Assembly: GCA_040397175.1 (NCBI GenBank)
Contig: JBBAWM010000004.1
Span: 45,673-109,672 of the forward strand
Direction: 5' to 3'
DNA length: 64,000 nt
Source: Candidatus Limnocylindrus sp.
GTDB lineage: Bacteria > Chloroflexota > Limnocylindria > Limnocylindrales > Limnocylindraceae
Both the position numbers and the translations under genes were made by a program. This document shows positions 9,733 to 18,244 of the stretch, piece after piece. How positions within the stretch are numbered: the stretch's first letter is position 1; each line of letters begins with the position of its first letter. The notes under the pieces were generated by a model that was not told where the DNA came from, did not search any database, and saw nothing but the letters and a program-made list of their open reading frames with translations.

Positions 9733-11187
9733 ATGGATATGGCAATCGCACCGCTTCGGCACCTCGCGCCCACCTCGGCGCCGGCTCCCCATCGGGCCGA
9801 ACCACCCCTTGGACCCACCGTCCAGGTCGACCCCGCCCGCATTCGTGAGCTAACCGCCCGCGAGTCCGAGCGACTCGACGCGCGCACACAGGCCTCCGCT
9901 GCCGCCTACGAGCGCGCCAAGCGCTCCCTCGTTGGCGGTGTCTCGTCGAGCTACCAGAAGCGCGCGCCGTGGCCGATCTACCTTGACCGAGGACAGGGGC
10001 AGTACGTCTGGGATGTGGATGGCCACCAGTACCTCGACGTGCACAACGGCATCGGCAGCATGGTGCAAGGGCATGCGCACCCGATCATTACCGAGGCCGT
10101 GGACCGCCGCATTCGCCTCGGCTCACACTTTGCCGCGCCGACCGAAGATGCCTACATCGTTGCGGAGCACCTCGCCGCCCGTTGGGGCCTCCCCCGCTGG
10201 CGCTTCGTGAACTCTGGCTCAGAGGCCACCATGGATGCGATTCGCCTCGCCCGCGGCATCACCCGTCGCGACGGGGTGATGAAGATCTTCGGCAGCTACC
10301 ACGGGCATCACGACGCCGTGATGGTCGACATCAGCCTCTCGGTGTACGAGGGAACAGACCGCGAACACTATCCTTCCATCGCCTACGGGAAGGGGATCCC
10401 TGATGTTGTCACACAGATGACTACGGCGGTTCCCTTCAACGATGCGGGGGCGCTCGAGCGACGACTTGCCGAGCTGCAGAGTGAAGGTCGACTTCCTGCC
10501 TGCTTGATCATGGAAGCTGCGATGATGAATTGCGGCGTGATCTTGCCAGAGCCCGGATACCTTGCCGAGGTGCGACGCATTACCAAGAAGTTCGGCGTCA
10601 TCTGGATTGTCGACGAAGTCAAGACCGGCCTCACCGTTGCCGCTGGTGGTGCAACCGAACTCTTCGGCGTCAAGCCGGATCTTGTCTGCCTGGCGAAGGC
10701 GCTCGGCGCGGGGATCCCGACCGGGGCGATTGGTGGCAGCGACGAGATGTGGGCAGCGGTTGATTCAGGCGAGGTCTACATGGTTGGCACCTTCAACGGC
10801 AACCCGCTCGCGATGGCGGCGGCCCGCGCGAACCTCGAACGTGTGATGACGCCAGACGCCTATCGACATCTTGGCCAGCTGAACAGCCAACTCCTGGATG
10901 GCGCGCAGGGGATCATTGACCGCTACAAGCTCGCCGCCTACGCGGTGGGAATTCAGTCGAAAGGCGTCATCACCTTCGCGAAGTCAAAGGTTGTGGACTA
11001 TGAGTCATACAAGAGCGCCCAGCAGAAGGAGATCATCGATCTTGTCTGGCTCTGGAACATGAACCGCGGCATCTTCAGCACGCCAGGCCGCGACGAAGAG
11101 TGGACGCTCTCTGTGACCATGGCTCCGGCTGATGCTGATCACTACCTCGGTGTCTTTGAGGAGCTCGCCGCCGAACTGACGCGCTAG
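9733..11187 (+). CDS. Class III PLP aminotransferase, glutamate-1-semialdehyde aminomutase-like
   Basis: WDVDG..YLD, RFVNSGSEATM, GSYHGHHD, DEVKTG, PDL...AK (PLP lysine) and GTFNGNP motifs. Confidence 0.85.
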   Translation: MDMAIAPLRHLAPTSAPAPHRAEPPLGPTVQVDPARIRELTARESERLDARTQASAAAYERAKRSLVGGVSSSYQKRAPWPIYLDRGQGQYVWDVDGHQYLDVHNGIGSMVQGHAHPIITEAVDRRIRLGSHFAAPTEDAYIVAEHLAARWGLPRWRFVNSGSEATMDAIRLARGITRRDGVMKIFGSYHGHHDAVMVDISLSVYEGTDREHYPSIAYGKGIPDVVTQMTTAVPFNDAGALERRLAELQSEGRLPACLIMEAAMMNCGVILPEPGYLAEVRRITKKFGVIWIVDEVKTGLTVAAGGATELFGVKPDLVCLAKALGAGIPTGAIGGSDEMWAAVDSGEVYMVGTFNGNPLAMAAARANLERVMTPDAYRHLGQLNSQLLDGAQGIIDRYKLAAYAVGIQSKGVITFAKSKVVDYESYKSAQQKEIIDLVWLWNMNRGIFSTPGRDEEWTLSVTMAPADADHYLGVFEELAAELTR

Positions 11188-11216
11188 ACCCCTGCCGAAG
11201 GAATAGCCCTACGCCC

Positions 11217-13844
11217 TCAGCCTTCGCGATTGTCCTGCTGTCGCAGTACGCGCATCACGCCATCGCGCTCAAGCAGCGCAAATCGACGTAGGCGCGCCGC
11301 ATCGACCGGGGGAATTTCGTGCGTGGGGCTCGCAATGTTCTCGAGCAGCAGATCGATCGCTGCACGCATCTGGCTCGGCGCCCCCCACAGTCCAAGCGAG
11401 GCGCTGCGCGTGACAAGGTCGCGCGCGAAGGTTGCATCGGCTGACCCGAGTGCAAGCAGTGCAGTCGGGATCTGGGCAACATATGGCGCTAGTAGTTCGT
11501 GTTGCCATGGCCAGGCAAACCCGCTCGCGGCGGCGAGGGTCTTTCGCACGCTGCCGTACCCATCAGCCCGAAGGATTCGCCCCCAGGTGGCACGCTTCGC
11601 TGCAACGTTTGGGGTTGCTGCCTCAGCGGCGAGGAGGGCGCGTTCGCCGCGGTCACTCGGATCCCTCAGCGCCTCTCGCTTGAGGCGCTCGACGATGTTC
11701 GGTGCCCCAAATGATGCTGCGCGAATGAGGAGTGACCAGCGATGGTCCTGATCGATCTCCACCCCGTCGAGTGGTGTCTCACCCACCGCAACCTGCCAGG
11801 TCTCCTCGACATCCCGCGGCGTTACCGCAGCCAACACCATGACGCGCGACCAAACGATGCGCATCCCCTCACTACCGCCCGCCGCAAGCCGCGCGCGCGC
11901 GGTCTCAACGATACGGCTCCCCCAACGCTCGCGCTCGCCGTCTGGCATGTACCGGAGAAGCAGGCTGCCGAGCGTTGACTCGACGATGCCCTGCACGATC
12001 GAGGAGTCCACCTCATGGGGTAGGCGATCGATGAGGAGTTGTGCGTAGCGCGCCGACGGGTATCGACCATCGCGCACGAGCTCCCAGATGGCCATCCACG
12101 TAAGCTGGCGAAGCAGCCCATCGGGGATTGCTTCGAGCCGTGACTCGGCAAACCGGAGCGTGACATCGTCGAGGGCGAGCTTGCCAACGGCGAGATCGTC
12201 ATGGTTCGGAATCACCGCGAGTGGGAGCGACCTCCCAACGGCGCTCGGCACGTCGGTGCGCGCCCCCGTTGCCAAAACCTCGTGCGGCTCGATGATGACG
12301 GCTGCACCCTCGCCCGGGTAGAGCAGGGCAACGCGGAGTAGGTGCTCGCGCAACACCTCGTCGCCAGACACCACCTCTTGGGTGACCGTTAGGCTGCCAA
12401 TGGTGCCACTCGTGCTCGGGGTGATCAGGGCGCCAAGTCGGTTCGGCCCACTGGTGCGCAACCACTGATCGGACCAGGTGGCAAGCGAGATGCCGCTCCC
12501 CTCTTCAAGCGAGGCCAGGAAGTCGGCGAGGGTCGCATTGCCGAACGCGTGCCGCTGGAAATGCAGGCGGAGTCCCGCTGAGAAGCCCGCCCGACCGAGA
12601 CGCGCGCCGAGCTGCTTGAGCACCGCACCCCCCTTGCCGTAGGTGATGCCGTCAAAATTCAAGAAGGTCTGATCGGTGTCGGCCACCGTTCCGGCAATCG
12701 GATGGGTGGTTGGCGAATCATCCTCGATGAGCGACCAGCGCTTCAACTGCACGTTGAACTCCTGCCAGGCGGTCGTATGCTCCGAGCCCTCCGTCAGGCA
12801 GAGGGCGGCAGCGTAGGTAGCAAACGACTCATTCAGCCAGAGGTCGTCCCACCAGCGCATCGTCACCAGGTTGCCGAACCACATGTGGGCGATCTCGTGG
12901 AACACCACCTCGGCGAGATCAGTGACGTCGCTTGGCGTTGGTGTGCTGCGGAAGATGTAGCGCTCGGTGTAGGTAATGAGGCCGACGTTCTCCATGGCGC
13001 CTACGTTGAACTCGGGGCAATACACGTGATCGAGCTTCTCAAAGGGATATTCACGACCGAAGAGTTCACCGAAGTAGAGGAATGCCTGGCTCGTCATCTT
13101 CTGGAAGAGGTCGTACGAGAGGTAGCGCTCCAAGGAGCCGCGTGACCAGAGGCCAACCTGCACCGGGGTGGCGCGGCCCGGAATCGACACCTCGAAGCGT
13201 CGCCCAACGAACGGGCCAGCAGCGAAGCTAAAGAGGTAGCTCGCAAGTGGTGGGGTCTCGGCGAAGGTGTGCAGCGTGACCCCGGCGCCGTCGGGGCGCG
13301 CCTCGGTCTCCGCGCCATTGGCGAAAACGCTCCACGCCGAAGGCGCGGTGACGGTCAGCGAAAGCTTCGCCTTGACGTCGGGTTGGTCGAAGATCGGCGC
13401 CATACGATGTGCCTCATAGGGCTCAAAGTTTGTGTACACGTACTCGGCCTGGTCCTCGGGATCGATGAATCGAAACACGCCATCGCCACCGGTGTCATAT
13501 GCGTTTTCGAACGCAATATCGAGGATGTTCTCGGCGCCACCCTTCAGGTGAGCAGCTGGCAGCGTGAGGCGATAGCCGTTCCAATCAGGGACATCGATCG
13601 CGACGCCATTGAGTGTAAGCGCGTGAATCGTACGGCCACGGAAGCAAAGGAAGATCGATCCTGCGTGCCCAGCGGCAAGGGTGAAACGCGCGACGAGGTG
13701 CCCACGGAAGGTTCCCGCGTTGGCGGTTAGGTCGAGCCGAAGGTCGTAGCGCACCTGACTGACGGCCGCGGCGCGAGCTGCCGCCTCAACCTGCGTCAAC
13801 AGATCGCGGGCGTCGGCGCCGGGAGTTTCAATCGTGAGGCTCAC
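11217..13844 (-). CDS. pepN: Aminopeptidase N (M1 family)
   Basis: GAMEN, HEIAHMWFG..W..LWLNESFA and ITYGKG motifs. The GTG at 13844 is preferred over the TTG at 13850. Confidence 0.93.
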   Translation of the reverse strand: MSLTIETPGADARDLLTQVEAAARAAAVSQVRYDLRLDLTANAGTFRGHLVARFTLAAGHAGSIFLCFRGRTIHALTLNGVAIDVPDWNGYRLTLPAAHLKGGAENILDIAFENAYDTGGDGVFRFIDPEDQAEYVYTNFEPYEAHRMAPIFDQPDVKAKLSLTVTAPSAWSVFANGAETEARPDGAGVTLHTFAETPPLASYLFSFAAGPFVGRRFEVSIPGRATPVQVGLWSRGSLERYLSYDLFQKMTSQAFLYFGELFGREYPFEKLDHVYCPEFNVGAMENVGLITYTERYIFRSTPTPSDVTDLAEVVFHEIAHMWFGNLVTMRWWDDLWLNESFATYAAALCLTEGSEHTTAWQEFNVQLKRWSLIEDDSPTTHPIAGTVADTDQTFLNFDGITYGKGGAVLKQLGARLGRAGFSAGLRLHFQRHAFGNATLADFLASLEEGSGISLATWSDQWLRTSGPNRLGALITPSTSGTIGSLTVTQEVVSGDEVLREHLLRVALLYPGEGAAVIIEPHEVLATGARTDVPSAVGRSLPLAVIPNHDDLAVGKLALDDVTLRFAESRLEAIPDGLLRQLTWMAIWELVRDGRYPSARYAQLLIDRLPHEVDSSIVQGIVESTLGSLLLRYMPDGERERWGSRIVETARARLAAGGSEGMRIVWSRVMVLAAVTPRDVEETWQVAVGETPLDGVEIDQDHRWSLLIRAASFGAPNIVERLKREALRDPSDRGERALLAAEAATPNVAAKRATWGRILRADGYGSVRKTLAAASGFAWPWQHELLAPYVAQIPTALLALGSADATFARDLVTRSASLGLWGAPSQMRAAIDLLLENIASPTHEIPPVDAARLRRFALLERDGVMRVLRQQDNREG

Positions 13845-13853
13845 CGCCAAATC

Positions 13854-14924
13854 CTAGCGGGTTGCTGGGGTGAGGGCGGCACGCCAGGCGGCGAGATCGA
13901 CCTCACGGAGTCGCGGGGTTGCGGTCACCCCAGATGGTCGGCCGCGTTTCCCGATCGGCTGGCCATCGATCTCGTGAATGTCGGCGGTGAAATCAATCGG
14001 CCGAATTCCAGAGATCGCGCTCCCGACGGCGTAGGTATCAACGCGTGACTTCGCCGCCTTAAACTCGGCGATGCGCTCCAACGAGAGGCCGCCCGAGATC
14101 ACGATCTGTGCCGTCGCTGCACCGGCCGCATCGAGGGCGGCCCGCACCTCCGCGACAAGTGCAGGGGTGACGCCGCCAAGCTCACTCGCTCGATCAAGCC
14201 GAACGCCAGCAAGGGTGCCCCCGAGCGCGGCAGCAACACGCGTTGACTCCTCGGACTCATCGCGGAAGGTGTCCACGAGCACGATGCGTGGAACATCGCC
14301 CGCAATCTGTCGATCAAAGGCGAGTGCAGCTTCGACCGTGTCGCCGTAGATCAGCACGAGTGCATGTGGCATGGTGCCGACCGGGAGCCGACCAGCACGC
14401 GCGCTCCCAGCGGTCGTCGAGGCACCCGTGGCGCCACCAATGATCGCGGCGTAATCGAGCCGATCAGCGACATTGGGGTGCACGTGCCGCGCCCCGAAGG
14501 CGATCACGGGCGTTGGGGCCGCAGCATCCACGATGGCGCGGGCGGCAGTCGCCCAACCTGTGCCGTGCGCCATCATTCCCAGATACGCGGTCTCGAGGCG
14601 AACGATTGACTGATATGGCGCGCGAATACGTAAGACGACCTCCTTCGCCGCAATCTCATCGCCGTCTTTCAGCGCCCAGACCGTGGCGCGGCCGGCGGCT
14701 GCATCAGCTTCGAGCGCCAGTGAGAGGAGGCCCTTCGCTTCGTCAATGCCACAGAGGGTCGCTCCTGCGCGACGACAGAAGACCTCCATGGTGACGAGCG
14801 GGTTGCGCCCCTCCCCCGCCAAGACGCGTTCGGTGCGCAAGAAGTAGACGTCAGCGTTCTCGCCGGTGAGTAGTGCCGGGAGCGGCCTCGGGACGGGTCG
14901 CGTGGGTCGATCAAGTTCAGGCAT
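13854..14924 (-). CDS. pncB: Nicotinate phosphoribosyltransferase
   Basis: DVYF, FGAR, GTMPHAL, LVDTF, GVRLD and SGG motifs. ATG 14924 lies 6 nt after a -10-like TATGCT. Confidence 0.85.
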   Translation of the reverse strand: MPELDRPTRPVPRPLPALLTGENADVYFLRTERVLAGEGRNPLVTMEVFCRRAGATLCGIDEAKGLLSLALEADAAAGRATVWALKDGDEIAAKEVVLRIRAPYQSIVRLETAYLGMMAHGTGWATAARAIVDAAAPTPVIAFGARHVHPNVADRLDYAAIIGGATGASTTAGSARAGRLPVGTMPHALVLIYGDTVEAALAFDRQIAGDVPRIVLVDTFRDESEESTRVAAALGGTLAGVRLDRASELGGVTPALVAEVRAALDAAGAATAQIVISGGLSLERIAEFKAAKSRVDTYAVGSAISGIRPIDFTADIHEIDGQPIGKRGRPSGVTATPRLREVDLAAWRAALTPATR

Positions 14925-14959
14925 AGGCGAAGCATAGCCCCGTGGCGTGCGGTCGGAGA

Positions 14960-15469
14960 CTACCCCTCCAGCCGATCGGCAAGATCGGGCATAGCGCGGA
15001 GCAAGGGGGTGTTCCGGCGCGGGGAACCATCGTCGGCGGGTATGCGCCCTCCGATCCAGATCCATGCGGCCGTCTCGTCAAGGAGTCGATCGGCAATGAG
15101 CACCGCACGCACGAGCGCCTCAATCAGATCACGCTCCGTCGCCTGATCAGCACGCAGCTCGATGCTGAGCACCGGTCGGCCATCTTCCGCAATGCCGAAT
15201 TTCGCAAAGAGATAGGTGTCGTTCCACTCCAAGAGACGGCGATATGCCTTGCGCAGACCATCACCGAGCGGTGGTGCCAGGTGCGCCCACACGACAAGGA
15301 CGCCACCGGGGCGCGCATCGTGAATGAGTGAGAGGCGTAAGCCGCGCCGCCGCTCCCCGTCGAGCTCCAGGTCCCACACCGTCGCATCATCTCGCCGGTG
15401 TGGCGCGGGCACGGCAACGCCGTGGCGTTCAAGGAGTGCGGGGATAGATGCAACTTGAAGGAGCGCCAT
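14960..15469 (-). CDS. YbjN / type III chaperone-fold domain protein
   Basis: The pattern YRRLLEWN....AKF...EDG...L..EL is typical of YbjN-like proteins. Confidence 0.6.
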   Translation of the reverse strand: MALLQVASIPALLERHGVAVPAPHRRDDATVWDLELDGERRRGLRLSLIHDARPGGVLVVWAHLAPPLGDGLRKAYRRLLEWNDTYLFAKFGIAEDGRPVLSIELRADQATERDLIEALVRAVLIADRLLDETAAWIWIGGRIPADDGSPRRNTPLLRAMPDLADRLEG

Positions 15470-15473
15470 GCCG

Positions 15474-16766
15474 CTACCGCGCCGCGCGGCGCTGGTTCCA
15501 GGTGCGACCAGCCTTGATCGTTGCGCCGGCCTTCACCCTGCCACCATCGGGCCAATCGCTCACGCTCGCCTCAGCGTCCACCAACACATTCCTGCCGACC
15601 GACGCGCCGTCAGGAACCTCAGCCTGCTTGCCAATCACGACAAGCCCCGTCGCGAGCAGTGCTGGGTTGGCACGGTTCGGCGCACCGGGTAGATCGCCAA
15701 CCCCAACGTTCGCATCGCGACCGATGCGAACCTCCTTGTCGATGATCGCGTGATCGATGACGGCACCTGGACCAATCACCGCATCGAACATCACGATGCT
15801 GTCGCGTACCACCGCCCCACGTCCAACGCGCACGCCGGGTGATAAGAGGCTTCGCTCCACGATCCCTTCAATGACACAGCCGTGCGAGACCATGGAGCGC
15901 TCCACGCGCGCGTCGGCACCGATCCGTGCCGGGGCCCGCTCCTCGGAACGGGTGAGGATCAGCCAATCACGCTCATAGAGGTCGAGCTCGGGCTTTGGGG
16001 CGAGGAGGGCCATGTTTGCGTCGAAGTAGGCGGGGAGGGTCCCCACGTCTTGCCAGTACCCACGGAATCGGTGGGCCATCACCTTCGCGCCGCCCGCAAC
16101 CATGGCGGGCAACACATCGGCTCCAAAATCGGGACGCGCCTCGTCAAGCCAGGCAGCTAAGGCATCAGCGGTGAAGGCATAGATCCCCATGCTCGCGAGT
16201 CGGCTCGTTGGCCGCTTCGGCTTCTCCTGGAACCCGGTGATTCGACTCCGAGCATCTACGTCAACGACGCCCATGCGACGCGCATCTTCAAGGCTCACCT
16301 CGCGCACGGAGACGGTTACGTCAGCACCGCTTCGTCGGTGGGCGGCGATGAAGCGCTCGTAATCCATCTTGTAGATGTGGTCGCCGGCCAGCACCAGCAC
16401 AGTCTCGGCACCGCTTGCCACTATCTCACGGAGGTTTTGCAGCACCGCATCGGCGGTACCGCTATACCAGTTGGCGGTGTTCCCTCGGCCAACCTGTGGC
16501 TGAAGCAAGCGCACACCGCCAATGGTGCGGTCGAGATCCCACGGCCGCCCACGGCCGATATGGTCATTGAGCGAGCGGGGGTTGTACTGCGTGAGCACCA
16601 ACACATCACCAATGCCACTATTCACACAGTTCGAAAGCGCGAAGTCGATGATGCGATACTTGCCACCGAACGGAACTGCAGGCTTCGCACGAACTCCCGA
16701 GAGCACGCCGAGCCGGTTCCCCTCTCCGCCAGCAAGGATCACCGCGAGGGTACGCTCAGTACGCAG
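15474..16766 (-). CDS. glgC: Glucose-1-phosphate adenylyltransferase
   Basis: ILAGGEG.RL, RAKPAVPFGGKYRIIDF, GTADAV, GDHIYKMDY, ASMGIY and YW.DVGT motifs. The start is uncertain (CTG 16766 or GTG 16743). Confidence 0.9.
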   Translation of the reverse strand: MRTERTLAVILAGGEGNRLGVLSGVRAKPAVPFGGKYRIIDFALSNCVNSGIGDVLVLTQYNPRSLNDHIGRGRPWDLDRTIGGVRLLQPQVGRGNTANWYSGTADAVLQNLREIVASGAETVLVLAGDHIYKMDYERFIAAHRRSGADVTVSVREVSLEDARRMGVVDVDARSRITGFQEKPKRPTSRLASMGIYAFTADALAAWLDEARPDFGADVLPAMVAGGAKVMAHRFRGYWQDVGTLPAYFDANMALLAPKPELDLYERDWLILTRSEERAPARIGADARVERSMVSHGCVIEGIVERSLLSPGVRVGRGAVVRDSIVMFDAVIGPGAVIDHAIIDKEVRIGRDANVGVGDLPGAPNRANPALLATGLVVIGKQAEVPDGASVGRNVLVDAEASVSDWPDGGRVKAGATIKAGRTWNQRRAAR

Positions 16767-18204
16767 AGCAGGCCCCCCCAGGCAGGTACCTCTGAATACA
16801 GACGTATTTACCGTTCTGCAAGAGTGAAAGATGCAGGTGGGGGCCGGTAACGTTCCCCGTCGACCCAACGAAGGCGATCAGCTGTCCTGCCGCCACGATG
16901 TCACCCACATTGACGCGCCACTTCGGCTGACTGGAAACCTTCCCATCGCCGATGTGTCCGTAGATCGAGACCATGCTCTTCGAGTGGGCGATCCAGATCC
17001 AGGCGAGCGGGCGCATCCCCTTCCACACGACGCAGTAGCTACAGATGCCCGAGATCATCACCTTCCCTGCGGCTGCCGCATAGATGGGCGTGCCAGGCGC
17101 GGCCGAAATATCGACCCCGTTATGAAGGTATGGGTACCCCTTTGGGCAGGTTGAGCTCTTCGGGTAGATTGGCCAACTCACGCAGCCAAACTTCTGCGAG
17201 ATATACGGGCGACTGCCACCAACCGGCTTTACAAAGCCAGATCCGTTATGCACGATTGGCCACGTCCAACCACCCGCATACACCGTCGGGAGCCCCGCGC
17301 CGAACTGACCCTTTAAGAGCGCGTTCACCGTCGCGGTAACCCGCGCCTCTTCCACCTTCAATGCCGCAACGGCGGCGGCGAGCTTCTTCTTGTCGGCAAT
17401 CACCTTATCCATCGCCGCCTTCTGGGCTGCAATCGCCTTCTGCTGTGCGGCGATCGCGGCGGCGAGTCGCACCTTGGCGGCGTTCAATAGCGCTACCTGC
17501 TTGTCGAGGGCCGCCTTCTGCTTTGCCGCGGCAACGCGCAGTTTCTCTGTTTCGGCACGATTTGCACGAACCTGTTCTTCAATCGCGGCAAGTCGCGCCG
17601 CATCGCGACTGATGCCATCCGCAAGCTTCACATCCTCCGCGCCAAGAGCGTTGAATCCGGCGATGTCGAGCAGGATGTCGGTGAAGCTCTGCCCAGAGAG
17701 CAGAATCCAAAGTGGTGGCGTTTGGTCGGCGATGTACGCCTCCCGAATGCGAGAGGCCAGGATCGCTTGGCGTGCGGCGAGGTCACGCGCTTTCGCCTCT
17801 TGCGCTGTTACGAGCCGACTGGTCTCGGTATCGAGCACGTTCACGGCGGCGTTGAGCTTATTTAGCCCAACCTGCGCCTGCTGCACAGCGGAGCTGAGCT
17901 GCGCAACTTGCGTGGTGATGCTCGAGAGGGTTGCCGTGTTTTTTGCCAGGGCTGCGCTGGTGGAGGCGAGCTGCGCGGTGAGGGCGCCCTGCTGGGCGAT
18001 CAGTGCGTCGAGGGCCTTCTGTTGCGCCGCAAGTTGGGCCGCAAGCGCCTTCTGTTGGGCGAGGGCGTCGTCGAGGGGGTCTCCACGCACTGGTCCCGCC
18101 TGTGCCAAGCCGAGGCCGACGATCAGGAGAGGAATCGTTAGGAGGGCGCCCAATCGAGCGCGCCAAGTGCGTGCACGGTGCGCTGACGCAGGCGAGTGCT
18201 CCAT
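16756..18204 (-). CDS. Secreted coiled-coil plus M23 metallopeptidase (EnvC/MepM-like architecture)
   Basis: Signal peptide, long A/Q/K-rich coiled coil, and HNGVD, YGH and TGPHLH zinc motifs; strong SD before ATG 18204. Confidence 0.85.
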   Translation of the reverse strand: MEHSPASAHRARTWRARLGALLTIPLLIVGLGLAQAGPVRGDPLDDALAQQKALAAQLAAQQKALDALIAQQGALTAQLASTSAALAKNTATLSSITTQVAQLSSAVQQAQVGLNKLNAAVNVLDTETSRLVTAQEAKARDLAARQAILASRIREAYIADQTPPLWILLSGQSFTDILLDIAGFNALGAEDVKLADGISRDAARLAAIEEQVRANRAETEKLRVAAAKQKAALDKQVALLNAAKVRLAAAIAAQQKAIAAQKAAMDKVIADKKKLAAAVAALKVEEARVTATVNALLKGQFGAGLPTVYAGGWTWPIVHNGSGFVKPVGGSRPYISQKFGCVSWPIYPKSSTCPKGYPYLHNGVDISAAPGTPIYAAAAGKVMISGICSYCVVWKGMRPLAWIWIAHSKSMVSIYGHIGDGKVSSQPKWRVNVGDIVAAGQLIAFVGSTGNVTGPHLHLSLLQNGKYVCIQRYLPGGACSAY

Positions 18205-18244
18205 GGTTGACCTCCTCTCCTCCGCTACGGGAAGAGTATCAGCC

